Position numbers and translations under genes: made by a program. Below are positions 16,468 to 25,310 of a stretch of 32,000 nt of DNA, piece after piece. The notes below the pieces were generated by a model. The model had not been told where the DNA came from. It ran no database searches and saw only the letters and a list, made by a program, of their open reading frames with translations. Origin of the DNA: Chlamydiota bacterium (lineage in GTDB: Bacteria > Auribacterota > JACPWU01). Where the stretch lies: positions 30,001-62,000 of the forward strand of contig JACPWU010000039.1 in NCBI GenBank assembly GCA_016196885.1. The letters are read 5' to 3'. How positions within the stretch are numbered: the first letter of the stretch is position 1; each line of letters starts with the position of its first letter.

Positions 16468-17643
16468 TTACTTCAAAATAGCGTCAATTCCTTCCTGCCA
16501 GGGGAGGGCTCTTGTATGTTTTATTTTTTGGGGTTGGGGATCCCGAGACAAGAGATAGCTTTCGGTTTTATTCATCTCACTTGAGAAGGTTTCCAGATGT
16601 TTTGCATCTTTAGGATCAACATGTTTTGAGGACTTAATCTCAACAAGCGCCAAAGGCTTTCCGGGTCGCTCGATGATAAAATCAATTTCAGCTCCGTCAT
16701 GTGTTTTAAGATAAGAAAAACGAAAGTTCTTGTTGAGGTATTCACTGCGGCGTACCAGCTCTAGAAAGACAAGGTGTTCAAACGCATTTCCAAAGGCCGA
16801 AGTCTGTTCAAGAAGGAGGACGGTTAACGTCCGATCTAAGGCTCGCTTAACCCCTGTGTCAAAGAAATAAAATTTAGGGTTGGTCAGTTGTCGTTTTCTC
16901 AAGGAGGAGTGATAAGCAGGAACCAAAAATCCCAGCAGTGTATCTTCTAGAATTTGGAAATAAGACTGAACTGTTTTTGTGTCGACACCTACATCACGGG
17001 AAATCTTGGTGTAATTAATAATCTCACCATTCATTTGTGCAGCCACTTCTAAAAAATTTCCGAAGGGTTCTAGCTTGCGGATAAGTTGTTCATTCCAAAT
17101 TTCTTCCTTTAAGTAGGTCCGGCTATAGGCCTCCAAGTATCGGGTTTTCATCTCTTTTTTTGGAAGACACCAGGGCTCAGGCAACATTCCGTATTCCAGG
17201 GCCATTTGAAGATGGGAAGGGTGGGTGCCTGCCTCAAGAAAAGTGAGAGGAAATAGGTGATAGACAAACGCTCGTCCTGCCAGAAGATTGGGTGCGCCCC
17301 GTTTCAATTTTCGAGCGCTTGAACCTGTCATGATAAATTGAAGGGGAGTCCCTTTACGTTTACGTTCCTCTAACTTTCTGTGTATCACATCCAAAAGGCG
17401 TGGAACTTTTTGAATTTCATCGATAACAATGCGTTTACAGGACTGAGGAAGCTCATCCACCATTCGTCCTAACCTCTCGGGGTCTCGAAGAAAAAGATTT
17501 TCCTGTTCAAGGTCCAGAAGATCAATAAAAATGGTATCTTCTTTTTTAAAGCAGGCATGCAAAAGAGAGGTTTTCCCTGTGCCTCTTGCACCCAAGAGAA
17601 AAAAGCTATGTTTTTGTGGGAGCTTTAATATTCTATGGACCAT
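16468..17643 (-). CDS. AAA_14/DUF4143-family ATPase, second divergent paralog
   Basis: 391-aa ORF with Walker A GARGTGKTS and Walker B IVIDEIQ. The C-terminal DGAEIDFIIE...LALVEIK is encoded at about 16633-16689. Confidence 0.85.
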   Translation of the reverse strand: MVHRILKLPQKHSFFLLGARGTGKTSLLHACFKKEDTIFIDLLDLEQENLFLRDPERLGRMVDELPQSCKRIVIDEIQKVPRLLDVIHRKLEERKRKGTPLQFIMTGSSARKLKRGAPNLLAGRAFVYHLFPLTFLEAGTHPSHLQMALEYGMLPEPWCLPKKEMKTRYLEAYSRTYLKEEIWNEQLIRKLEPFGNFLEVAAQMNGEIINYTKISRDVGVDTKTVQSYFQILEDTLLGFLVPAYHSSLRKRQLTNPKFYFFDTGVKRALDRTLTVLLLEQTSAFGNAFEHLVFLELVRRSEYLNKNFRFSYLKTHDGAEIDFIIERPGKPLALVEIKSSKHVDPKDAKHLETFSSEMNKTESYLLSRDPQPQKIKHTRALPWQEGIDAILK

Positions 17644-17744
17644 ACTCCATAATATTAGCGAAAATATGGAGTAGGGTCAACGACCATTTTTTGGGAACGT
17701 AAGAAGCAGATAATGTATTTAAAAGCGTGTCTTTTGGAAAGGTG

Positions 17745-17867
17745 GCGGGTCCTGCCGCTCGATAGCCCCACCGACGGCATCGGTCTTGTTAGAGTCGTCT
17801 GGTTAATGCAAAGCCGATGTCTCGACCTGCTGGCGCTCGGTGGGGCGCCCCATCGAGCGTCACCCGC
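17745..17867 (+). ncRNA. Candidate structured RNA or DNA element of unknown class (four nested helices)
   Basis: Hand-paired helices are 17745-17750/17862-17867, 17756-17763/17852-17859, 17765-17774/17837-17846 (10 bp) and 17776-17784/17813-17821 (with G:T pairs that are wobble only on the + strand). It is locally GC-rich in an AT-leaning intergenic region. Confidence 0.3.
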
Positions 17868-17908
17868 ATGAATAAAAAGGACACACTTTTATACTGGATT
17901 AAGGAGCA

Positions 17909-18074
17909 TCCCAAGGACAGAGATAGAAAATGAGAACCGAGACGCGACAGGTTGGCCCAGATGGACTTGAAGAAAATTCGAGGCATACCTGCAAGGTATG
18001 TCGAGATTTTCTGAAAGTTCAGATGGGTCAACCTGTCGCGTCTCGGTTCTCATTTTCTATCTCTGTCCTTGGGA
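17909..18074 (+). repeat. 166-nt long hairpin (46-bp perfect outer stem, ~35-bp imperfect inner stem, 5-nt loop)
   Basis: 17909-17954 is the exact reverse complement of 18029-18074. The inner arms 17955-17989 and 17995-18028 pair with three tandem G.A/A.G mismatches and three G:T pairs. The loop tgcaa is at 17990-17994. Confidence 0.9.
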
Positions 18075-18123
18075 GCAGGATCGTTCTTCATCTTTTACGC
18101 TTTAAATGATATAACCGTCCCTT

Positions 18124-18837
18124 ATGAAGCTTTCTAATGTAACGATTGTATTGGTTGAGCCCAAGAGTCCGGGTAATATCGGTTCTGTGGCCCGGGTGAT
18201 GAAAAATACAGGCCTTGAGAATCTGATTTTAATTTCTCCTTGTGATTGGCACGATTTAGAGGCCAAGAAAATGGCCGTGGGAGATTTATCTCTGATTGAA
18301 AAGGCGAAAGTTTATTCTGATCTGAAAGAAGCACTCACCCCTTTTCGATGGACAGTCGCCACAACACGCAGGACCCGGCGCAGATTTGATCAGGTTTTGA
18401 CCCCTCGGGAAGTGGCCCAGAAAATTAAGGAGTTTCCTTCACGTTCCAAAGTGGCACTGGTGTTTGGCCCTGAAGATCATGGACTGAGCAATCCGGATTT
18501 GAGCTTATGTCACAGCCTTTCCACCATTCCTTCTTCGCAAAAATTTCCCTCGCTCAATTTAGCTCAGGCGGTCATGGTCTATGCTTATGAAATGTATGCT
18601 GCGGCTTCCTGGGTGAGCAAAAAAAAGCGCAAAGACATTGCAGGGGTTAAAGAGTTAGAGGGCATGTATGATCATTTGGAAAAAATGCTTTTTGAAATCC
18701 AATACTTTACGCGTGGAAAACCAGAAACGTTGATGGAATCGATTCGTAATTTTCTCAATCGGGCTGATTTAAGTTCTCGGGATGTGAGGATCTTGCGAGG
18801 CATTTGTTCCGTGGTTCAAAAGAAAGTGAAGAGATAG
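18124..18837 (+). CDS. trmJ: SpoU/TrmH-family tRNA 2'-O-methyltransferase, TrmJ-like
   Basis: 237 aa. The N-terminus IVLVEPKSPGNIGSVARVMKNTGLENLILISP closely resembles the TrmJ N-terminus. It also has VFGPEDHGLSN and SLNLAQAV motifs. Confidence 0.8.
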   Translation: MKLSNVTIVLVEPKSPGNIGSVARVMKNTGLENLILISPCDWHDLEAKKMAVGDLSLIEKAKVYSDLKEALTPFRWTVATTRRTRRRFDQVLTPREVAQKIKEFPSRSKVALVFGPEDHGLSNPDLSLCHSLSTIPSSQKFPSLNLAQAVMVYAYEMYAAASWVSKKKRKDIAGVKELEGMYDHLEKMLFEIQYFTRGKPETLMESIRNFLNRADLSSRDVRILRGICSVVQKKVKR

Positions 18838-18861
18838 CACAGGGTGTTGAAAAAACAGAGG

Positions 18862-18943
18862 ATTCCCCTCCCTGGATGGGAGGGGTTAGGGGAGGGTGGA
18901 AAATACATCAAAAATCAAAATGTAAATATCAAAGGGGAGAGGA
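18862..18943 (+). repeat. G/C-tract repeat element, copy 3 (intergenic variant with the C-rich arm replaced)
   Basis: attcccctccctggatgggaggggttaggggagggtgg matches the left half of copies 1 and 2. The tail caaaggggagagg matches the element's 3' end. The centre is an unrelated A/T-rich stretch. It lies between the trmJ-like gene and era. Confidence 0.75.
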
Positions 18944-18973
18944 TGGATACGAAATTAAGGATAAGTGTGAATC

Positions 18974-19879
18974 ATGAGTGCCTTTAAATCAGGTTATGTC
19001 GCTATTTTGGGTAAACCCAATGTTGGAAAATCCACGCTGATGAATCGCTTGATCGGTGAGCCTCTTTCTATTGTTCATTCGAGGCCGGGAACCACGCGTC
19101 ATAAAATTTTAGGGATTCTGAATCTACCCGAAGCGCAAATTATTTTTGTCGATACGCCAGGCCTTCAAGATTCAAGAATTTCTCTTGATAAATTCATGAT
19201 TCAAGAGGCCAAAAGTTCTTTGGATGAGGCGGATGTGGTTTTGCTTTTAACCGATGTGAAAAGCGGTTTTCAGGAATGGGATCGTCGGGCGCTTCAATGG
19301 TTAAAGGGAATGACGCAACCCATTCTTTTTATCATGAACAAGTCGGATACCGTCGGTAAGCCCCAAATTCTACCTTTAATAGAAGAGGCGACAAAACTTT
19401 CTTCTTTTCAAGAAATTATTCCTATTTCAGCATTGAAGGGAGATGGACTGGCCGATCTTCAAAAAGTGATTTTGAAATATTTACCAGAGGGACAACCTTA
19501 TTATGAGAACACACAATTGACGGACCGTCCGGAGCGTTTTTTTGTTTCAGAGATTATTCGCGAAAAAGCCCTCGAGTCTCTTCGCAAGGAAGTGCCTTAT
19601 GCGGTGGCGGTTCAAATTGAAGAAATGAAGGAAAGAACAGAAAAAAACATGTTCTATATCAAGGCGATGCTCTTTGTAGAAAAGGAAAGTCAAAAGGCAA
19701 TTTTGATTGGGAAAAAGGGCCAAATGCTTAAAAAAATTGGTCAGGAAAGTCGAGCAAAAATAGAAAATCTCTTAGGAAAGAAAGTTTTTCTCGAATTGTG
19801 GGCGAAGGTGCTTAAAAACTGGAGAAGGGACGAAAGAGCTTTGAGGGAGTTGGGGTATGGGGCTTCTCTGTCATTGTAA
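18974..19879 (+). CDS. era: GTPase Era
   Basis: 301 aa with G1 GKPNVGKST, G3 DTPG and G4 NKSD. The C-terminal KH domain reads VAVQIEEM...AILIGKKGQMLKKIG. Confidence 0.95.
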   Translation: MSAFKSGYVAILGKPNVGKSTLMNRLIGEPLSIVHSRPGTTRHKILGILNLPEAQIIFVDTPGLQDSRISLDKFMIQEAKSSLDEADVVLLLTDVKSGFQEWDRRALQWLKGMTQPILFIMNKSDTVGKPQILPLIEEATKLSSFQEIIPISALKGDGLADLQKVILKYLPEGQPYYENTQLTDRPERFFVSEIIREKALESLRKEVPYAVAVQIEEMKERTEKNMFYIKAMLFVEKESQKAILIGKKGQMLKKIGQESRAKIENLLGKKVFLELWAKVLKNWRRDERALRELGYGASLSL

Positions 19880-20028
19880 TGTTTTGGGCACAAACGTTCC
19901 AAATAGCAACAGGTATTTTTTTGAGTTTGTTTTGAGATTTTTTGTAATATCTTTATTTTAAATGAGTTATGGCGCAATTTATTTTTAGAAAAATGGGGCA
20001 TAAAAAATGCTGTAATCAATCATTAAAA

Positions 20029-20820
20029 ATGAAACCATATCCACTCCATTTTATGGTTTTTTTAACGATTTTCAGCCTTTTCGTCTCCGGCTGTAGCAGG
20101 GTCACTTACCCTAAAGAAACCATTGAGCGAATCTTGCCCCAGGTTCTTCTAAGAGAATACGGTCTCATTGCCCAGGCCAAGCTTCAGGGAGAGACTTTGG
20201 ACGTGGCCATTCATTTTGAAAAATTGTGGGGTACGGACAATTTGGTCGAGAAGCAGGCCTGGAAAGATATTTCAAAGCTGAAATTTGTGGCCAGCCGTGT
20301 GGCTTTGAGCACAGACGCAAAAATAGAATTTATTCGCTATGTGATTTCCGGGAATGATTCGGATGAAGAATTAAATTACATCCGTGCGATGAAAGATGAA
20401 AAGCTTTTGGAATATCAAGGAATTTCTGTGACTCAGTATTGGAATCGAGAGGTGTTGGTCAGAAAAAAATATGATGGGTATCCCGATTTTGAAGAGGTCA
20501 AGTGGGAGGATTTTTTAAGCCGCTTGATTTCAAAGACAGTTCAGGAAAAATACAAGGCGGCTTTGGCCTTGTCAAGTGAGGGCATGCTCAACTTTTGGGG
20601 CGTTTATTTCCCCAAGGAAAGTCCGAACAATCAATTAAGGCAAAATCTCTTTGCGTTGGTTATCCAGTCCAAAGAGAATCCTCAAGGAATGGTTCTTTTG
20701 CAGAATCTGGTTCGAGAGACGACAGAAGAGGTCTGTGGTCAATATCAGAAATTTCCTTTCGAACGCTTGCGTATTTTGAATCTGGAAACAAAAAACGTGA
20801 CTGAAGTACCCTCGAAATAA
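20029..20820 (+). CDS. Hypothetical lipoprotein
   Basis: The track ORF runs 19969..20820. [22 protein letters not shown] is a signal peptide with a lipobox (VSGC), so the start at 20029 is preferred. No recognisable domain. Confidence 0.65.
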   Translation: MKPYPLHFMVFLTIFSLFVSGCSRVTYPKETIERILPQVLLREYGLIAQAKLQGETLDVAIHFEKLWGTDNLVEKQAWKDISKLKFVASRVALSTDAKIEFIRYVISGNDSDEELNYIRAMKDEKLLEYQGISVTQYWNREVLVRKKYDGYPDFEEVKWEDFLSRLISKTVQEKYKAALALSSEGMLNFWGVYFPKESPNNQLRQNLFALVIQSKENPQGMVLLQNLVRETTEEVCGQYQKFPFERLRILNLETKNVTEVPSK

Positions 20821-20821
20821 A

Positions 20822-20890
20822 GTTGTAGGTTATAGGTTTAAAGTTTTAAAGGAGTTTATTTTTTACTTACATCTTATAGCTTCCCTTCCA
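20822..20890. repeat. Heptad-arm inverted repeat E1 with conserved AT-rich loop
   Basis: Left arm is GTTGTAG GTTATAG GTTTAAAG (20822-20843). Loop is TTTTAAAGGAGTTTATTTTTT (20844-20864). Right arm is a CTTACAT CTTATAG CTTCCCT tcca (20865-20890). The arms are only partly complementary. It starts 2 nt after the stop codon, and a CTCAC-rich tract follows at 20901-20940. Confidence 0.6.
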
Positions 20891-21001
20891 ATGTGTTACA
20901 ACTCACCACGCACTACTCACCCCTCACCATTCACTAACGACTTGAATCAGAATCTCTTTGCCTTTCTTTTTCATTTTGAAATTTATTCCCTTACCCTTAC
21001 A

Positions 21002-21424
21002 ATGACACGCATGAAATCTCACACGGAATATCTTTGGTTTAATACCCAGAGGCATCGTGAGTACATTAATATGACCGATCGGGTCAGAGAGGCCCTTGAA
21101 AAAAGCGGGATTCAAGAGGGCATGGTTTTGGTCTCGGCCATGCATATTACGGCGGGTGTCTATGTCAATGATGCTGAAAACGGCTTGATTCAAGACATTG
21201 ATGAAATGCTTCAAAGGCTGGCCCCGGAAGGTCCGCCTTATCAACATCACCTGACAGGTGAGACAAATGGCGATGCCCATTTGAAAAATTTATTGATCGG
21301 CCATCAAGTGATGCTGCCCGTCACAAAAGGAAAATTAGATTTGGGTCCCTGGGAACAGGTCTATTATGCGGAATTTGATGGACAGAGGAAGAAGAGAGTC
21401 ATTGTGAAAGTGATAGGGGAGTGA
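21002..21424 (+). CDS. yjbQ: YjbQ/UPF0047 family protein (secondary thiamine-phosphate synthase-like)
   Basis: The track ORF starts at 20891, but its first 37 codons lie in the low-complexity CTCAC repeat. The family-typical length (~140 aa) fits a start at 21002 or 21011. Motifs include [22 protein letters not shown] and [14 protein letters not shown]. Confidence 0.8.
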   Translation: MTRMKSHTEYLWFNTQRHREYINMTDRVREALEKSGIQEGMVLVSAMHITAGVYVNDAENGLIQDIDEMLQRLAPEGPPYQHHLTGETNGDAHLKNLLIGHQVMLPVTKGKLDLGPWEQVYYAEFDGQRKKRVIVKVIGE

Positions 21425-21457
21425 AATCAATAATGAAATCTAAGCAGAAGTAGAAAG

Positions 21458-22498
21458 ATGATTACAAAAGAAGACATTATCAATCAATTGCGTCATGTCC
21501 ATTATCCCGGCTTCACCCGAGACATCGTATCTTTCGGTGTGATCCGGGACGCTATTTTTGAAAATGGACGTGTCGAGATTGTGCTTTCTTTTACGACAGA
21601 GGCACCTGATAAACGAGGCCAAATTCAAGAAGGGATTCGAAAGGCGCTTTCTTCCTTGCCCGAAGTGAAGGAAATAAACTTCAAGGTGGTTGATATTCCT
21701 CAGGGCTCCCCTCGGGATCGGGCCATGCTGGAAAGAAAAGAAATTCCAGGGGTGCGAAATGTCATCGCTGTGGCCAGTGGGAAGGGCGGTGTTGGAAAAT
21801 CAACGGTGGCGGTGAATTTGGCCTGTGCCTTAAAAATGTTGGGAAGAAAAGTGGGCCTTTTAGATGCGGACATTTATGGACCGAGTATTCCCATCATGAT
21901 GGGGCTTTACGATCGGCCTGGGTTGGCGGAAGATCAGAAATTCATTCCCCCTCAAAAATTTGGTTTGGCGATGATGTCTCTGGGGTTTTTTATAGAAGGG
22001 GATAGCCCGGTGATTTGGAGGGGACCCATGGTGACGGGTGCCATTCGCCAATTGCTTTATGATTCTCAATGGGGAGGGTTAGACGATTTGGTCGTGGATC
22101 TTCCCCCGGGGACAGGGGATGCTCAACTCACCTTGGTTCAATTGGCGCCGTTGAAGGGGGCTGTGATTGTGACCACGCCTCAAGACGTGGCTTTGGTGGA
22201 TGCCCGCAAAGGGGTTTCCATGTTTCAAAGGTTAGAGGTCAAAATTTTTGGGATTGTGGAGAACATGAGTTATTTTATTTGTCCTCATTGCCAACATGAG
22301 ACAGATATTTTGAGTCGCGGGGGAGGAAAGAGAGAAGCCGAACGCTTGAGTGTTCCTTTTTTAGGTGAAATTCCTATGGATTCTAGTATTTGCTCTGGAG
22401 GGGATGGGGGGGTTCCTATTGTGATTCAATCTCCAGAGTCTGAGGTGTCAAGAGCTTTTCTCCATTTAGCGCAGTCGGTTGTAGGACAGCTAAGTTAG
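21458..22498 (+). CDS. apbC: Mrp/ApbC/NBP35-family Fe-S cluster carrier ATPase
   Basis: 346 aa with an N-terminal DUF59-like region, the deviant Walker A VASGKGGVGKST, and the CPHC motif (FICPHCQHE). Confidence 0.93.
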   Translation: MITKEDIINQLRHVHYPGFTRDIVSFGVIRDAIFENGRVEIVLSFTTEAPDKRGQIQEGIRKALSSLPEVKEINFKVVDIPQGSPRDRAMLERKEIPGVRNVIAVASGKGGVGKSTVAVNLACALKMLGRKVGLLDADIYGPSIPIMMGLYDRPGLAEDQKFIPPQKFGLAMMSLGFFIEGDSPVIWRGPMVTGAIRQLLYDSQWGGLDDLVVDLPPGTGDAQLTLVQLAPLKGAVIVTTPQDVALVDARKGVSMFQRLEVKIFGIVENMSYFICPHCQHETDILSRGGGKREAERLSVPFLGEIPMDSSICSGGDGGVPIVIQSPESEVSRAFLHLAQSVVGQLS

Positions 22499-22528
22499 AA
22501 TATTCTTATTTCTTCAGATTCTTTTTTG

Positions 22529-22558
22529 TTGCAATTTTTATCACCAAGGTTTTATAGT
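22529..22558 (+). promoter_or_regulatory. Possible sigma70-type promoter for the DUF4912/GH57 genes
   Basis: TTGCAA at 22529-22534, an 18-nt spacer, then TATAGT at 22553-22558. This is a sequence match only. Confidence 0.3.
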
Positions 22559-22629
22559 AGTCCCAATAGGAGGTTGAATGTGTTTTCCACACTTCAAACG
22601 CTTCTTATATTTGGTGAACGAGGGGGTTC

Positions 22630-23631
22630 ATGGAAAAGAAAACTTTTCAGGGGAAAAAAGATGTTACTCAAGAGAAACCGTCCGTTGTTGCGGAAGTTCC
22701 TAAAAGTTTATCCTCTGAAAAATCCCCTTCCAATTTAGTCCAACCAGATTCTGTTTTAGAAACTCACGCACAGGAAACTGTCGAAGATTCCAAGTTCTAC
22801 ATGGCCCAACAAGGTTGGCCTCTCCCGATGCCGTCTCGGGATCTTGCTTACGATTATGGAGATAATCGCATCGTTTTAATGCCCGTGGATTCTTTTTGGG
22901 CTTTCAGTTATTGGGAAGTGACGAAGGAGCGGGTGGAGGAGGGGCTTCGTTTCTTGGGGTGTTCGCTCGATCAAACGAAGACCGTGCTGCGGGTTTATGA
23001 TGTGACGGGACTCGAGGGGACAGAGGGCTCTCATCATCATTATGACGTGGAGCTTTCGGGAAGGGTCCGGAATTGGTATTTGAATTTGAACGCACCGGAC
23101 CACTCTTTCAGGGTGGATATTGGTTTAAGAAACCGAGAGGGCCGCTTCTTTACCTTGGCGCGTTCCAATACCGTTACCATGCCCCGGGCGGGTGTTTCGG
23201 ATGTGGTAGATGAGCGCTGGATGAGCATGGAATTTGAAAAGATGTACGCCCTTTCCGGAGGGCTTAAAGTAGGTGAGGGTTCGATCGAGCTTCGTCAATT
23301 GATGGAGAAGCGTTTTCAAGAAGGTTTATCTTCCGGGGCGCTCTCCAGTTTCGGGTCCAGTCCCGTGAAGAGAATGGAAAAATCCTTTTGGTTTGTTTTG
23401 GATACAGAGCTCGTTGTCTATGGTGCGACAGAGCCTGATGCGCATGTCACCGTGGCTGGACAACCGGTTCAATTGAGGCCCGATGGCACTTTTACCTTGA
23501 GACTTGCATTACCCGACGGTCGCTTTCCCATTTCAGCAAAGGCTGAGTCCTCAGATGGTAGAGAGGAAAGAACGATCACACCTGTTGTTCAGAGGAACAC
23601 GGAAATTTCCCAACCTGTTCTTAAAAGCTAG
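22630..23631 (+). CDS. DUF4912 domain-containing protein
   Basis: 333 aa with RBS gaggggg before the ATG. DNRIVLMPVDSFWAFSYWEV resembles the DUF4912 signature. It lies directly upstream of a GH57 gene, an association I recall as common. Confidence 0.7.
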   Translation: MEKKTFQGKKDVTQEKPSVVAEVPKSLSSEKSPSNLVQPDSVLETHAQETVEDSKFYMAQQGWPLPMPSRDLAYDYGDNRIVLMPVDSFWAFSYWEVTKERVEEGLRFLGCSLDQTKTVLRVYDVTGLEGTEGSHHHYDVELSGRVRNWYLNLNAPDHSFRVDIGLRNREGRFFTLARSNTVTMPRAGVSDVVDERWMSMEFEKMYALSGGLKVGEGSIELRQLMEKRFQEGLSSGALSSFGSSPVKRMEKSFWFVLDTELVVYGATEPDAHVTVAGQPVQLRPDGTFTLRLALPDGRFPISAKAESSDGREERTITPVVQRNTEISQPVLKS

Positions 23632-23710
23632 TCGTGAGTTGTTAGTTGTGAGTCGTTAGTTTTAAGGGTATTTATTTTTTACTCACGACTCACCCCTCAC
23701 GACTCACGAC
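23631..23710. repeat. Heptad-arm inverted repeat E2 with conserved loop
   Basis: Left arm is GTCGTGA GTTGTTA GTTGTGA GTCGTTA GT. Loop is TTTTAAGGGTATTTATTTTTT (23660-23680). Right arm is ACTCACG ACTCACC CCTCACG ACTCACG AC (23681-23710). It overlaps the stop codon by 1 nt. Confidence 0.85.
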
Positions 23711-23720
23711 GGATTCACCT

Positions 23721-25310
23721 ATGGAAAAAGGCTATTTAGCATTTGTCTTGCACGCACATCTGCCCTTTGTGAGGCATCCAGAACATGATTATTTTCTGGA
23801 GGAGAATTGGCTCTATGAAGCCATCACAGAGACGTATATCCCTTTGATTGATGTGTTCAATGGGCTTTTGAAGGATGGCGTGGATTTTCGGATCACGATG
23901 ACCTTGTCGCCCTCCCTCGTTGCGATGTTGGCAGATCCTCTTTTACAATATCGCTATTTGCGGCATATTCAGAAGTTGATTGAACTGGCCCATAAAGAAG
24001 TGGATCGCACCCGCTGGCAAAGTGATTTTCATCCCTTGGCCTTGATGTATTATCATAAATTCAATCGGGCCAAAGAAGTTTTCGCAAATCAATATCAAAA
24101 CAATTTGCTTCAGGCCTTCAAGAACCTTCAAGATGCAGGAAAACTCGAAGTGATCACCTGTGCTGCCACGCATGGGTTTTTGCCCTTGATGGGGGTGAAC
24201 GCCAATGGAATGAAGGGCATTCGGGCCCAGATCAAAATCGCGGTGGAACAATATGAAAAACATTTCGGCCGCCGTCCGCGCGGGATTTGGCTTCCGGAAT
24301 GCGGGTATGCCCCGGGGATTGATGAAATCCTAAGAGAGGCGGGCCTTAAATTTTTCTTCGTTGAGACGCATGGAGTTTTGCATGCGACCCCCCGGCCCAA
24401 ATACGGGGTTTTTGCGCCTCTTTATTGTCCCTCGGGTGTTGCGGCCTTTGGGCGGGATATGGAATCTTCGAAACAGGTTTGGAGTGCCATAGAGGGTTAT
24501 CCGGGGGACTATGAATATCGGGAGTTTTACCGAGATGTCGGCTTTGATTTAGATTTTGAATATGTCCGGCCTTATATCACGCCCGATGGCAAGCGAGTTC
24601 AGACCGGCATCAAGTATTATAAAATCACAGGGCCTTCCTTGGATAAAAAACCTTACGTGCCAGCTCGGGCCATGGAGAAGGCCGCTTCTCATGCGGGCAA
24701 TTTCATGTTCAATCGTGAGAAACAAATGGAATTTGTTTCGAGTCTCATGGATCGGAAGCCCATCATTGTGGCGCCCTACGATGCCGAGCTTTTGGGTCAT
24801 TGGTGGTATGAGGGTCCTGATTGGCTTAATTTTCTGATTCGCAAAATCTATTATGATCAGAAGACGATTAAGCTGATTGGCCCCATGGAATATTTGGAGA
24901 CGTATCCTACAAATCAAGTGGCCACTCCTTCCATGTCCACGTGGGGCTATAAGGGATTTAATGAGGTGTGGTTGAATGGCTCGAATGATTGGGTTTATCG
25001 CCATTTACATAAGGCGACAGATCACATGGTGGAGTTGGCCAATCGCTTTCAGTCGGCCAATGGCTTGGTGGGACGTGCCGTGCGCCAGGCGGCTCGAGAG
25101 CTTCTTTTGGCGCAGTCCAGCGACTGGGCGTTTATTATGAAGACGGGCACCATGGTGGAATACGCGGTCAAAAGAACGAAAGAGCATCTCTTGCGCTTTG
25201 ACGATCTTTATCATCAAGTTTGTGAAAATAGAGTGAATGAATCCTTCCTGAATGAGATTGAATCTAAAGATAATATTTTTCCGGATTTGGATTATAGAGT
25301 GTATTCTTAG
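23721..25310 (+). CDS. Glycoside hydrolase family 57 1,4-alpha-glucan branching enzyme
   Basis: 529 aa. The N-terminus GYLAFVLHAHLPFVRHPE is typical of GH57 branching enzymes. It also has GIWLPECGY and AELLGHWWYEG motifs. Confidence 0.9.
   Translation: MEKGYLAFVLHAHLPFVRHPEHDYFLEENWLYEAITETYIPLIDVFNGLLKDGVDFRITMTLSPSLVAMLADPLLQYRYLRHIQKLIELAHKEVDRTRWQSDFHPLALMYYHKFNRAKEVFANQYQNNLLQAFKNLQDAGKLEVITCAATHGFLPLMGVNANGMKGIRAQIKIAVEQYEKHFGRRPRGIWLPECGYAPGIDEILREAGLKFFFVETHGVLHATPRPKYGVFAPLYCPSGVAAFGRDMESSKQVWSAIEGYPGDYEYREFYRDVGFDLDFEYVRPYITPDGKRVQTGIKYYKITGPSLDKKPYVPARAMEKAASHAGNFMFNREKQMEFVSSLMDRKPIIVAPYDAELLGHWWYEGPDWLNFLIRKIYYDQKTIKLIGPMEYLETYPTNQVATPSMSTWGYKGFNEVWLNGSNDWVYRHLHKATDHMVELANRFQSANGLVGRAVRQAARELLLAQSSDWAFIMKTGTMVEYAVKRTKEHLLRFDDLYHQVCENRVNESFLNEIESKDNIFPDLDYRVYS

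Noticed and set aside
17795-17815. ctggttaatgcaaagc resembles the TPP riboswitch thi-box segment CUGGAUAAUGCCAGCG
   Set aside because: The pairing partner of CTGG (CCAG) is missing, no CUGAGA element is present, and there is no thiamine gene downstream. It is probably a chance similarity.
17789-18031. 80-aa minus-strand ORF spanning the intergenic structures
   Set aside because: It reads straight through the GC-rich nested helices and one arm of the long hairpin, has no RBS, and has implausible composition.
17745-18074. Retron msr/msd interpretation of the structured element plus long hairpin
   Set aside because: No reverse transcriptase gene lies adjacent: the neighbours are an AAA ATPase and a trmJ-like gene. 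No a1/a2 flanking repeats were identified.
18909-18921. caaaaatcaaaat in repeat copy 3 also occurs in hairpin E3 (25325-25337 and 25351-25363)
   Set aside because: A 13-nt low-complexity A-rich match is not sufficient evidence for a relationship between the two repeat families.
19969-20028. N-terminal extension MAQFIFRKMGHKKCCNQSLK of the lipoprotein ORF
   Set aside because: The signal peptide and lipobox begin at the internal Met (20029). The extension would bury the signal peptide. The true start nevertheless remains uncertain.
20891-21001. N-terminal 37 codons of the track ORF 20891..21424 ([18 protein letters not shown]...)
   Set aside because: These codons are encoded by the CTCAC-type low-complexity repeat tract downstream of hairpin E1. 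YjbQ/UPF0047 proteins are about 140 aa, which fits a start at 21002 or 21011.
22526-22738. 70-aa + ORF upstream of and overlapping the DUF4912 gene
   Set aside because: It is basic and low-complexity, starts in the intergenic promoter region, and overlaps the RBS-supported start at 22630 in another frame.
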